Origin: a virus
Taxonomy: Duplodnaviria; Caudoviricetes
Virus record (IMG/VR): IMGVR_UViG_3300043443_000158
Coordinates: 1 to 33,608 of that record
Length of the DNA: 33,608 bases
Reading direction: 5' to 3' (one strand)
Shown: positions 17,401 to 26,200 of the stretch, piece after piece
Numbering within the stretch: position 1 is the first letter of the stretch
How the letters are laid out: every line of letters starts with the position of its first letter
Position numbers and translations under genes: made by a program
Notes under the pieces: generated by a model
Seen by the model: only the letters and a program-made list of their open reading frames with translations
What the model was told of the DNA's origin: nothing
The model's database searches: none

Positions 17401-20334
17401 GTCTCTGTTCTCTTCTATTTGATTACGCATTTTGGTAATCTGATATAGATTAAGACTTGCTTCAACTCCCTCGTAATCGAAGTTCTCTATCTGTTGTTCA
17501 ATAGAGTTTCTTCCGTTGTCATCTCTTTGATTTACTAACTGATCAAAACGTTCTCCGTAAGCATCTAATAGTCTCTCTCTGTTAGCAATCTGAGCTTTAT
17601 CTTTATAGTTACCTTTTAACTTAAGATAGTTTATATCTTGTTCTAGATTAAGGCGAGATTGGATAAGTTCATTAGGATCTTCTATCTTATCTAGGTCTAA
17701 AATCTTTTCATCATAAGCGTCTGAGATTACTTTAGCCTTTTCATCCTCTGATAGATTAACATACTTCTCAATACGTTTTTGAGTTTTTAGAATGTCTGTA
17801 GTTACTTTCTCCAGTTCTGCATCTAAGTCAGCCTTTGTGTATTCAAAGTCTTTTTCTCCTAAGATTCCTTTTTCTTTTAGTACACGCTCTTCGTCTTGGG
17901 TAAGTTCTTTCTTATTTAAAGTCTTAATGTTAGCCCTACGAATAGTCTGATACTCCTTAATGAGTCCTTCTACTTTAGATAAAGTTTCTGGAGTCTGTTC
18001 TTCTCTGTTAAGATTACCTAATTCTCTACGGATAGAAGACATTCTCTCTCTACCCTTAGTATCAATTTTATCAGCAATCTTACGACTAGCAAATACTTGT
18101 CTCTCCTGTTCAGTTAATTGATCGTAATCAATGTTAACTAATTCATCTTGTCTTAGGTGATTAATGTAGTACTTATACTGTTCGTCTTTATCTTCTAGTA
18201 AAGTCTTAGCATCTCTGATATTCTCGTAACCAAATAATCCCTTAAGGATAGCGGCTTTTCTATTTACTTCTAGTACAGACTGAGAGTATTGTTCATCAGA
18301 TAAAGAGCCTTTATTATTTAATTCTTTAAGTTTAGCTTTAAACAATTCAGGGTTGTTAGCGGCTTCCCAATCTGCTTGATTCTGTACATGGGTTTTGTTA
18401 CCAGAAGCAAATCCTTGGAATCCTGTGGTGATACCTGAGTAAATAGAACCTGCAGCAAATGACTCAACAAATGTATCAAGCATTGCTTCGCCAGTAACTT
18501 CTGTTTTATCTCTTCCTACAAACTCCTCTGGCATCACACTTCCTTCAAGCAAAGCATTTCCCAGTAGAGAGAGTTCTTCTTCTAAAGCCTCTACTGCATT
18601 TTGTTTTGCCCCCATAACAACAAACTGTTTAGTGGAACTCATGTAGTTCCTTAAGTTGTCACTAAACTTCATCTCTACACCAGCAGCACGCTTAGCAGAA
18701 GTTGTTAGATCAGCCTCAAATCTTTTAAACTTAAGTGCTCCAATATCAGGAAATCCAATACCTTCTGTAAGACCCTCTACAATAGCTTTACCAGAACCTC
18801 TCTTAAAGTAGTTACCTCCCCACTTCTTTTCTTCTGCAATCATAGAAGGCATAGTGTTGGCTGTAACTGTCAAGAAGGTAGCAAGTCTATCTGCGATGTT
18901 AAGTTCTCCACCTATTAAAGGAGTACTCTTAGGTAATACACCAACTTTGTTTAGTCTCTCGTACCCTCTTTCTAAAGAAGCAGCAGCTCTTGATACAGTA
19001 CCTAATGATGACGCTCCAGCAACTCCTCCTACAATACCTCCTACCAAAGAACCTGTAGCAAGTGTAGGAAGCATTTGAGCAGTCATATGTAATCCTGCTT
19101 CAGGTATAGCTGCGAAGTTAAATCCAGTAGAACCATCTTCTTTTTCATACATAAACTGGTTAGACATAACAGGTCTTCCCTTAGAATCGTATGATGCTAT
19201 TTGGGGTTGATACAAAGCCTTTTTATATATGGCTCCTTCAAAGTCGCCCCTAAACAAAGCATTACTCAAATCTACAACACCAGCAGTCATAGCATTTAAT
19301 GCTCCTCCTCTACCCGTTGAGAATAGTCTAGAAGAGGGATCTTCATATTTATTTACTCCGTATATCTTAGAGTTGTCTTTTTGTCTTTTGTCAATCAACT
19401 CTAATGACTGACGATATGAAGCAATTTTCTGCGCATTCTCTTTGCTATCAGGCTGACCTAGCAAGCCAGTAAGTTCGCCTGCAATAGAAGCCTTTAGAGA
19501 GCCTAACGTCTCATTCTCTAAGTCATACTTATAATACTTCTTAGTAATGTCGTCAGGGTTCTTAAAAGAGTTAAGAGCGTCAGCTTGGAATTGTCTGGCT
19601 TCTGGTCCTTCTCTGTAAAGATCGTTTCCCCTGGTTATAAAATTGTCTTGAAGTCTTAAACCAATAATGTCATCTAGTGCATTCTGAGGAGTAGGAGAAG
19701 ACAGTGCCTTTTTAAGTTTAGCGTTTAACTCATCTGGAGACTTAAAACTAGTTAAAAGGTTTTTACCAAAGGCTTTATAATCAACTTCGTTTACGTGACC
19801 TTTTACATTACTTAATAAGTCTGTAGGAGTCAACCATTTAGATATTTCACCTAAGTCACTATTGTTTTCTCTAAGCAACTTTTCCTTAGATTTCTTTAAA
19901 GACTCTGGTCTATCCATCCCAAGAGGATTCAATCTACCAAAGGCATTTAGGAAAGAGTCTCCGACTTCAGCTAAGTCAAACAAGTATTTGTTATCTTGAG
20001 CCTTCTCGTGTATGCCTTCGAGTTCTTGGTAAATCTTATTTATAGAATCTTTGTCTTGTGCTGATTCAATCCTATTAAACATAGAAGCAGCAGACTTAGC
20101 TGCAAAGTCAGGATTATCATATGCTTGCATATACAATCCTTTCAAAGAGTTTAACTTAAGATTTTTATCCTCAGCCAACAGACGAGTCTGCTGATTTTGC
20201 TGAGCACGAGAAAAAGTATTTAAAGAGTCATTTAATAACTGAATCCCTTCTTGTGAATTTTGTGCATTCAGAGAAGCAGTAGCAAGATCTCTTGTACCTC
20301 TTAGAGGATTATATCCTAGATTACCTGATGGCAT
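14434..20334 (-). CDS. Giant virion cargo/ejection protein (1966 aa) with glycine-rich hydrophobic segments
   Basis: First of three giant genes. Contains TLATGSLVGGIVGGVAGASSLG and FVESFAAGSIYSGITTGFQGF, coiled-coil stretches and P/T-rich linkers. No catalytic motif recognised. Confidence 0.75.
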   Translation of the reverse strand: MPSGNLGYNPLRGTRDLATASLNAQNSQEGIQLLNDSLNTFSRAQQNQQTRLLAEDKNLKLNSLKGLYMQAYDNPDFAAKSAASMFNRIESAQDKDSINKIYQELEGIHEKAQDNKYLFDLAEVGDSFLNAFGRLNPLGMDRPESLKKSKEKLLRENNSDLGEISKWLTPTDLLSNVKGHVNEVDYKAFGKNLLTSFKSPDELNAKLKKALSSPTPQNALDDIIGLRLQDNFITRGNDLYREGPEARQFQADALNSFKNPDDITKKYYKYDLENETLGSLKASIAGELTGLLGQPDSKENAQKIASYRQSLELIDKRQKDNSKIYGVNKYEDPSSRLFSTGRGGALNAMTAGVVDLSNALFRGDFEGAIYKKALYQPQIASYDSKGRPVMSNQFMYEKEDGSTGFNFAAIPEAGLHMTAQMLPTLATGSLVGGIVGGVAGASSLGTVSRAAASLERGYERLNKVGVLPKSTPLIGGELNIADRLATFLTVTANTMPSMIAEEKKWGGNYFKRGSGKAIVEGLTEGIGFPDIGALKFKRFEADLTTSAKRAAGVEMKFSDNLRNYMSSTKQFVVMGAKQNAVEALEEELSLLGNALLEGSVMPEEFVGRDKTEVTGEAMLDTFVESFAAGSIYSGITTGFQGFASGNKTHVQNQADWEAANNPELFKAKLKELNNKGSLSDEQYSQSVLEVNRKAAILKGLFGYENIRDAKTLLEDKDEQYKYYINHLRQDELVNIDYDQLTEQERQVFASRKIADKIDTKGRERMSSIRRELGNLNREEQTPETLSKVEGLIKEYQTIRRANIKTLNKKELTQDEERVLKEKGILGEKDFEYTKADLDAELEKVTTDILKTQKRIEKYVNLSEDEKAKVISDAYDEKILDLDKIEDPNELIQSRLNLEQDINYLKLKGNYKDKAQIANRERLLDAYGERFDQLVNQRDDNGRNSIEQQIENFDYEGVEASLNLYQITKMRNQIEENRDFINEDMAKTADENLQKSQIKVLESLLAATPEQRLSALGIFLDNVAPINASYAYNVDSVNKLFPGIEYTKEELDAAREAFIQRRAQVRSMQMSDQPTPDTDLTDEETKDVEEFNESLPTEEDAAQPVDESGKSPVTDKYSKRYKEILGNFKQKYPTEANQRFLEFLINTTKVKFGQNSKENAQVSNLLRQFTQKQITEPQFVQEINTLIEALKKDIELRKKNNTKFDAVQDKVSSLDLLKYMATRFVREELVEGPIATATTTAATPSLVPPNVPITPTQTNLTNPDASTEFPQVIAKNKTLDSQLEIRLARLRFLASPIRSVGVEFSRSDQRRTDPADIRNARAIEEIADQPYQVRIQSRKGTAMMFLVMKFPDKTEEQLVDDFATIEAMFDNTILTAEQWNAKSVEEQDAILEPMHSLLGKEYFDRAALAYFVANNGKGFTKESTVSITSSDADGNLNLFEGYPLQLNFPAEGRVSERIEEEYKEAGVGTEALKQEHANNSNTLARLKAYLSQNTDAFIDTDYTVSEGVVFKSAEQKKANELNDETINSAGIQDFDLATEVGQSIFGKRFNFKLGRVYFNNNGTPVILSNTNIDENEAEAIAEMLFSETLPAEFRTVEGLENYLVSLINQVDKKNRIHFFPNKNFPSKTEAVQYPFNIIRTVYKDGKPVNTKLTKEDFVKFLKESFYKLDKKMLQGGETMMRVSLVDGKPKITKQSYVEYIKDTHTFPVTSSGELLSPVNKVVYPDPKNFVERASDLLPKVQPTPEPITPKPVVAPRAPQVQPTPGKTIDEFIAITYMDAVNYAKGSPTAQAYGIYNAFVNFLTKEIYEQAVQTMSDNPASVDYQIVTRKLETVGKTTNLIPGIVPYNSEVEGDFILATVQLEGGKKVPVILMRKEEGIGGTKFRYNPLRVFRGNSPENFESMSKEEYLNPALKQPVAPKQSLADRLNSQSTGELFDEDEVQEAQKAKEDCINPAKQVKDQIKKKPKL

Positions 20335-20354
20335 AGTTTAATTTTTAATAAATT

Positions 20355-22019
20355 TTATTCAGGTTTTTCAAAACCTATCTCGTTAATAAGAGGAAGAATA
20401 GTACTCGCATCTTCCTTCAAGAAGTCCTTAACTCTCTGCTTTCTAATATAAGTCTTATCTCCTTCTTGTACGGTATAGTGAATCTGCTCTTCTCCTTTGT
20501 CTGCTAGTTTAGAAAGGATACCTTTTAACTTATAAAGATAGTTCTCTCTGTTATTACCTAATAATCTAGTGAGAGTAGTAGCAGATGGAACATCAATTGA
20601 GTTCTCTGCGTTTGCAAGATTCAAGACATCTTGTACAGTAGACTTGTTCTTTCTTACCCCATTCTTATCAATAGAATAGTTAGGAACAATACTCTTACCA
20701 TCCTCAGATAATTTGTAACCACCTAAGTTTGTAATACCGTTATTGAGTTTAGCATTCTCCTCAGGACTTAAACTAGTTAATTCACTAAAGTCTTGAATTA
20801 CTTCCATGTTAGAAAGATCTTTTTCTTTAGCTACGTTAAAACCAACTAGAGAAGACTTCTTACTTGTAGATCCGTCAGAGGAAGTACTTAAGCCCATTTG
20901 ATCCATCACTGCTGCTTTCTGTATGTCTATCTGAGCTTTAGCTTGATACTCTCCGATATTAAGAGAACTCTTGTATGCTTCTAGTGTGTATTTGTTCTCG
21001 TTAAGATCAGACTCTACTTGTTTATAAGCGTAACCCTCTGCTGCATCAAAAACTTGGTTATCAATAAGATAAGAAACCAACTCAGACTGATCTATAGTGT
21101 CGGGTGTCTTACTTGCCTTAGTTGCTGTAGCATCCCTAAACATCTTAGCTTTTTTAATCTCTGAGTCTAGACGTAAAGTAGTAGGATCGTTCTCACCTAA
21201 CTTGCTTGCTGCAGTACTTCTCTTAGCTTCTAAGTCACTAAGTTGTCTGTTGTAAGCGTCCAAGTTAGTTTGTTGAGACTGTTGCCAGTTACTAAAAACA
21301 TTATCTTTACCTCTCAAGTCTAAAGCATATTCAGCATCCAAACGAAGTTGTTCTTGTTCCTGTGGAGTAAGAGAAGACATGTAGGCTTTCATAAAGCGAT
21401 CTTGGTCTACTCCTGAAATCTTTTGCTTTGTTATCCAACGTCCATCTGGACTTTGTTCATAAACAGTCTGGATATCTGGTTTAAGTTCTTTCTCAAGTTC
21501 TCCCCATTTCTTTACTACACCATCTGCATAAGGCTTATACTGACTATAGCCAAGACTAGATCCTACGTTAGGGTCATCCATCCAAGACTTTATGTTTTTA
21601 AAGTAAGCGTGGTCATTAGAAGGAGACTTAAACTTTGGATCAAGTTTTTTGTACTCTTCCATCATCTTAGAATAATTCTTAGAAGACTGAACTGCTTTAA
21701 TTAAATTAGAATCGTTCTCAAAAGGCTTTCCAATATTTAATACCGCTTGAACATTAGACTTATTAGAGAAATCTAAGCCTGCACTACTATTAATAGACTT
21801 TACTAGACTAGCCATAGACTTATCAAAGTACTCTTTGTCTTGATCCTTAACTAGTTCGGATCTTATTTGACTGTAGGTATCTATTTGTTTTTGTACTAGG
21901 CTTCTTCCTTCATCATACATCTCCTGTTTCTTAACAGCAAGTTTAATCAACTCGTCTGCTGGAAAAGGAGAGATATAATCTGGGTACTCGAACTTAGTGT
22001 GTTGTGCTGAAATTGGCAT
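20355..22019 (-). CDS. Putative virion cargo protein (554 aa, helical)
   Basis: N-terminus with YISPFPADELIKLAVKKQEMYD and GLDFS resembles the protein that precedes the giant genes in crAss-like phages (recall plus synteny). Cys-free. Confidence 0.6.
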   Translation of the reverse strand: MPISAQHTKFEYPDYISPFPADELIKLAVKKQEMYDEGRSLVQKQIDTYSQIRSELVKDQDKEYFDKSMASLVKSINSSAGLDFSNKSNVQAVLNIGKPFENDSNLIKAVQSSKNYSKMMEEYKKLDPKFKSPSNDHAYFKNIKSWMDDPNVGSSLGYSQYKPYADGVVKKWGELEKELKPDIQTVYEQSPDGRWITKQKISGVDQDRFMKAYMSSLTPQEQEQLRLDAEYALDLRGKDNVFSNWQQSQQTNLDAYNRQLSDLEAKRSTAASKLGENDPTTLRLDSEIKKAKMFRDATATKASKTPDTIDQSELVSYLIDNQVFDAAEGYAYKQVESDLNENKYTLEAYKSSLNIGEYQAKAQIDIQKAAVMDQMGLSTSSDGSTSKKSSLVGFNVAKEKDLSNMEVIQDFSELTSLSPEENAKLNNGITNLGGYKLSEDGKSIVPNYSIDKNGVRKNKSTVQDVLNLANAENSIDVPSATTLTRLLGNNRENYLYKLKGILSKLADKGEEQIHYTVQEGDKTYIRKQRVKDFLKEDASTILPLINEIGFEKPE

Positions 22020-22024
22020 AGTTA

Positions 22025-24328
22025 TTATTTTTTATACATGCCTTTTTTGGCAGTAGTTGGTTTAGAATAAGAAAAATTACCTGAAGGCTTTAACTTAAAG
22101 TTCCCCTCAGAGTCAACATCAAAGTTAGTAATTAAGTTAGTAATAAAAGCATCTTTAAGATTTTCTTCCTGAGTAAACAAACCCTTTTTATTTACTAAAC
22201 TAGAAATTGCTGACTGCTTTTCTGCAGACTGTGCATCTCTTGCTTGACCTACTAGATTGTTATATACTTGATCAAATGCTCCTTGATTTAATCTATCAGC
22301 ACTAAAACTCATTTCTGCATTAGCCATGTCTGCTTGAGAACGTGCTTGAGCATCATAGTTTTGTTTAGCCTGGAAAGCTTTTTGCTTAGCGTCCAATCCT
22401 GCAATATAAACCTCCAAAGGATCAGCACCTGCTCTCATAGTAGCAGTTCCCATGTTATCAATGTCTTGAAGTTCACTCTGGATGTTCAAAGTCTGAGGAC
22501 GAACATAAGGAGCATCTATTTCTGGAATAGCATAAGAGTAAATCTCTTGTGCTTGAGCAAGTCCCATAGCTTCAGGTATAGCTTGATACAAAGGAAACTC
22601 TCCTCTGATATATTGATTGTCTACTGCACCTGTAACAGAATTATAGGTAGGGGGAGTAACTGGTTTTGTTGGAGGAGTTTTTGGAGTCTCTGGATCTTTT
22701 GGTTTTCCTTTAATAGCATCATAGTGCTCAAAACCAAATCTAAAGTCATTACCTAAGTCAGGTCTAAACTGTCCTTCAGGTAGATACTTAGTAAACCCTT
22801 GATAGAACTTTTGTCTGAAGTCTTTACTATTATATAAACCAGTTGGGTCTTCAATATTATAATCATTAGGGTTAATTCCCACTAACTCAAATGCTTTCTT
22901 ACGAACACCTAACTCATCCATCTTAGCTGCAGCTTCTGGTCCCAACTCTTCCTCAACAATTCTTCTTTCGTAATCTTGAGGAGTAAGACCTGCATAGTAT
23001 CCTTCGTATTGAGCTGATTGTCCTTTTAATTTAGGGTTAGCTGTCTGTACTAGATTCTTATACCCTTGAGTATTAGCAGCCGCTGCAATTTCTCTTAATT
23101 TACTTGAAGGTAATCCTTCAGGCACTTCTAATCTCCATGCTCCTTTTCCTCCACCTGCCTGAGGGTCCCAGTTAACATACTCCTGAAGATTCTTAGGAAT
23201 ACCTGCCTTAGATGGAGGAGTACCTCCATCTGCCATGTTAGCAGTAATCTTTGCTTGCACATAACCAGGAAGAGACTTAAACCCGGGGTTGTTAATACCT
23301 GCCCCATTCTTTGCTTCTACCTCTCCATTAGAGTTACCATTAAGAATCTGTTGATCTCTAAACAACTCATCTAGGATCTTTTGATTACGCTGCATCATTA
23401 AGCTTGCAGTATCCTTATCTACCTGTTTAGCAAAAGGATTTTCTAAGGTCTTCTTATATGAGGTTATATCGTAATTCTTAGCAATCTGAGCAAAGGTCTT
23501 CTTAGATCCTTCTGGCTTTAGATTGTTAGAGTAGACACGAGTTTGGTCAGGTAGATTTGTAGGAATACCTCCATTACTATGAGAAGGGCCTGAAGCCATT
23601 TCTGTTTCTAGGTTTGGAAGCTGGATGTATTCTCCACCTTCAATTTCTACATCGTTCATGCCTTCACTAGCATAACGTTTGTTTATTTTTGCACCCATTT
23701 CTGCTTTAATTGTAGGTTGATACTCTGTACCTCCACTTGTCGTACGCCCATACATATAGTTGTAGTCGTATACGGGTTTAGAGTTTCTTTGTTGTATTGA
23801 TTCGTTAAACTTACGTTGATTTTTTAAGTCTTGATTATATGTAAGAGCTGCATCTATTCCAGTAAGTCCTAAAGTAACAGCATCTCCAAATTCTGAATTA
23901 AATTTAGGAAACTTAAATTGTTTTTTAGGATCGAACTGAGACTCAACCTCATTGCTTATATCTTGTGCCTTCTGTACACTACTTGGAGTACTTGTTTCGT
24001 ATTCCCCTGATTGAAGTGCCTGTTCTTGAGTAAGCATGTTTTCAAACATACGATTACCCAAAGGACCCTTTTCTTCTATTGGATTAATAGAAGGTTCCTC
24101 AAAACTCTCAGCAGAGATATCTAGTTTTCCAAATTTCTTCTCGTACTCTTTTTTCGTTTTAGGAGTACCTACTCCCATCATATCAGGAGTAATAGGTTTT
24201 AGTTTATTAGCTATCTCCTCAATGGTCGGATAACCTTGGACAACATCTAGACCCTGACTAGATACATTATCTACAGGTTCTGCCATACCATCCTTAGCAA
24301 ATCTTTTAAATAAGTGACTTCTTAACAT
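22025..24328 (-). CDS. Putative virion cargo protein (767 aa, modular)
   Basis: VEIEGGE...GPSHSNGG...RVYSNNLK...TFAQIAK is a motif I associate with crAss-like cargo proteins. Q/A-rich helical C-terminus, repeated AxxG motifs, own promoter. Confidence 0.65.
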   Translation of the reverse strand: MLRSHLFKRFAKDGMAEPVDNVSSQGLDVVQGYPTIEEIANKLKPITPDMMGVGTPKTKKEYEKKFGKLDISAESFEEPSINPIEEKGPLGNRMFENMLTQEQALQSGEYETSTPSSVQKAQDISNEVESQFDPKKQFKFPKFNSEFGDAVTLGLTGIDAALTYNQDLKNQRKFNESIQQRNSKPVYDYNYMYGRTTSGGTEYQPTIKAEMGAKINKRYASEGMNDVEIEGGEYIQLPNLETEMASGPSHSNGGIPTNLPDQTRVYSNNLKPEGSKKTFAQIAKNYDITSYKKTLENPFAKQVDKDTASLMMQRNQKILDELFRDQQILNGNSNGEVEAKNGAGINNPGFKSLPGYVQAKITANMADGGTPPSKAGIPKNLQEYVNWDPQAGGGKGAWRLEVPEGLPSSKLREIAAAANTQGYKNLVQTANPKLKGQSAQYEGYYAGLTPQDYERRIVEEELGPEAAAKMDELGVRKKAFELVGINPNDYNIEDPTGLYNSKDFRQKFYQGFTKYLPEGQFRPDLGNDFRFGFEHYDAIKGKPKDPETPKTPPTKPVTPPTYNSVTGAVDNQYIRGEFPLYQAIPEAMGLAQAQEIYSYAIPEIDAPYVRPQTLNIQSELQDIDNMGTATMRAGADPLEVYIAGLDAKQKAFQAKQNYDAQARSQADMANAEMSFSADRLNQGAFDQVYNNLVGQARDAQSAEKQSAISSLVNKKGLFTQEENLKDAFITNLITNFDVDSEGNFKLKPSGNFSYSKPTTAKKGMYKK

Positions 24329-24391
24329 GTTTTAATTATTTATGTTATTAACATAGAAAGTTAATAACTGCTTGAGAATAAGCTAGTTATA

Positions 24392-24422
24392 CAAATATAC
24401 AAGATTAATAAAAAAAAGCAAG
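24392..24422 (-). promoter_or_regulatory. Bacteroidota-type promoter upstream of the 767-aa gene
   Basis: Minus strand CTTG-19 nt-TATATTTG: TTG at 24421-24419, -7 box at 24399-24392. Confidence 0.78.
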
Positions 24423-24440
24423 GGAGAATTAACTCCCTTG
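24410..24440 (-). terminator. Rho-independent terminator after the 52-aa gene
   Basis: Stem CAAGGGAG (24419-24426) / CTCCCTTG (24433-24440) with a 6-nt loop, followed on the minus strand by C and T8 (24417-24410). Confidence 0.75.
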
Positions 24441-24587
24441 TCCTCTGCTTTTTTTAAGATAATTTTTGCTAGACTTTAACTTTGAAGCTTTAGTCTTTGC
24501 TACAACTCCCTTTCTTCTGATCTTTGGTTTAACTTTAAACTTAGAAGCTGTAGAGGTTGATTTTGATTTAGATGCTTTAGGTGCCAT
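24429..24587 (-). CDS. Small, very basic 52-aa protein (not in the ORF track)
   Basis: MAPKASKSKSTSTASKFKVKPKIRRKGVVAKTKASKLKSSKNYLKKSRGQGS*: 15 K, 3 R, no D/E. A-rich leader. Fills the gap between the 190-aa gene and the terminator. Confidence 0.8.
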   Translation of the reverse strand: MAPKASKSKSTSTASKFKVKPKIRRKGVVAKTKASKLKSSKNYLKKSRGQGS

Positions 24588-24614
24588 ATATTTAGTTTTA
24601 GTTTTAGTTTAGTC

Positions 24615-25187
24615 TTAACACTTCCAACGCCTACGTGCTTGTCTGATTCTGCTATTAGGATCATTCTGTGTAGCCTGTGAAGATCTACGCAACTGACCTA
24701 ATGAACGAGCACAGTAGGACTTTCTACGATTAGCTGCTTTGCTACCTGGCTTTACCTTACCTGTAACAGCAGTACTTAATTTGGAACCTGGGTTAGCTCT
24801 ACGATAAGCCATAACTCCCTTTTTAGTCATACCAGCACCTTCCTTAGTAGGACGATAGTTAGCTCCTGGGCCTTTAATTGTCTTAGCAATAGTTCCACCC
24901 TTAGCCATGTAAGCTGCTTTAAGTCTTCCGCCAGCCATAAACTTGTATCCGTACTTAGAAGCATCTTGTCTAGCCTCAGATACATTTCCTTTGTTAGCTG
25001 CTACAAATCTAGCCTTAGCAACACTGGTAGGCATTTTGCCGCCTTCAGCCATGTTACGTTTAATCTTACGTTCTTGCTTAAGCATCTCTGGAGTAGGTTT
25101 CTTTCCAGAACCTCTCTTGGCACGGATGTTATCCCACAATCCTCTTTGTGAGTAAGATCCGTCTTTACGTTTTATCATCTGTTTCAT
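24615..25187 (-). CDS. Basic modular protein (190 aa) with C-terminal DUF6321-like domain
   Basis: C-terminal GMTKKGV.AYRRANPGSKL...RRKSYCARS.G...DPNSR...ARRRWKC matches my recall of DUF6321-type phage domains. N-terminal GLWDNIRAKRG module. Three xxGG motifs. ATGA overlap with the upstream gene. Confidence 0.7.
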   Translation of the reverse strand: MKQMIKRKDGSYSQRGLWDNIRAKRGSGKKPTPEMLKQERKIKRNMAEGGKMPTSVAKARFVAANKGNVSEARQDASKYGYKFMAGGRLKAAYMAKGGTIAKTIKGPGANYRPTKEGAGMTKKGVMAYRRANPGSKLSTAVTGKVKPGSKAANRRKSYCARSLGQLRRSSQATQNDPNSRIRQARRRWKC

Positions 25188-26200
25188 TTTTTTACTTTTG
25201 ATTTAGCTAAGAATGAAGGTAAACTATACTTTACTTTCTCTCTGTTAAATTGTTTAGCGAGTTGATTAGCTAATTGTAATCTATTTTTTTTATCTTTTAC
25301 TCTACGAAGAATACTTGCTACCCCATCAACCATTTCTTTATCATCATCATGATCCCTCTCTCCTCCCTCACTGAATGACTTACTATATCTAAATCCTACA
25401 CCATAGTTGATAGGTTCTTTTGGAGTGTAGTTTACATTACCATAAACAGAAAGATTAGGATTAACCTGATAATTACCTGAAACCACTGAGTTTACTAACT
25501 TACTCTTATCAAAGTTAGCTTCTGCATCTACGTTTAATCTATTACCCATAATAGAAGCCCTAACATTTCCTGGAGTATAGTCTACATTAAAGTTTCTATA
25601 AGATGCTCCAACACTAGGAGTAATGTAATTTTGCTTACCTGATAGGATATTAGTAGACCCCTGCAGTTTACCCCTTAATGATTTAAAGGAAGGAGAATAA
25701 GAATAGTCTACACTACCATCAGGAGACACATTGTCTACGGATACAGAACCTCCGTTAGGCATTTTTCTTCCTGGATACTTATAAGGCTTAGCATTAGCTA
25801 TATTATAAATATCATTTACTACACTAAGAGTATTTGCTTTCTTACCAGGTACAAGATCTAATCCTTGATTATAGTTATCGTTACCTGCTGCCCTCATCAT
25901 AGAAATAGCATTAAATCCTTTTCCTACAGGTCCTGGAATATAAGACCCAAGATCTACCCCCAAATCAGTGTAGAGACGTTCATAATTAGGACTAATAATA
26001 TCTCCTACTTTTGGTTTTATAGCAGGTTTAGGAGATGGGGTGTCTGTATACTGATTCTGAGACCTAGAGTACGGAGTGTAGGTAAGACCTCCATTAGGCA
26101 TCTTACGCTTCTTAGAATTCTTATATGCACCCTTAAGTCTTGAACCTGAGGGTGCATTAGAATTTGCAATTATAGAGCCGTTTACTCCTGGGACAAACAT
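25184..26200 (-). CDS. Modular hypothetical protein (338 aa) containing a beta-barrel-like module
   Basis: Segments are separated by RKMPNGG (twice) and FSEGG. The third segment has amphipathic beta-strands ending YGVGFRYSKSF. TAATG overlap with the upstream gene. Confidence 0.7.
   Translation of the reverse strand: MFVPGVNGSIIANSNAPSGSRLKGAYKNSKKRKMPNGGLTYTPYSRSQNQYTDTPSPKPAIKPKVGDIISPNYERLYTDLGVDLGSYIPGPVGKGFNAISMMRAAGNDNYNQGLDLVPGKKANTLSVVNDIYNIANAKPYKYPGRKMPNGGSVSVDNVSPDGSVDYSYSPSFKSLRGKLQGSTNILSGKQNYITPSVGASYRNFNVDYTPGNVRASIMGNRLNVDAEANFDKSKLVNSVVSGNYQVNPNLSVYGNVNYTPKEPINYGVGFRYSKSFSEGGERDHDDDKEMVDGVASILRRVKDKKNRLQLANQLAKQFNREKVKYSLPSFLAKSKVKK
25748..26107 (-). repeat. Dispersed direct repeat encoding RKMPNGG
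   Basis: CGTAAGATGCCTAATGGAGGT (26107-26087) and AGAAAAATGCCTAACGGAGGT (25768-25748). All differences are synonymous. Confidence 0.8.

Noticed and set aside
24590-24613. Short tandem repeat (ACTAAA-like, four copies) upstream of the 52-aa ORF
   Set aside because: Explained as an A-rich Bacteroidota translation leader; too short and simple to call a functional repeat.
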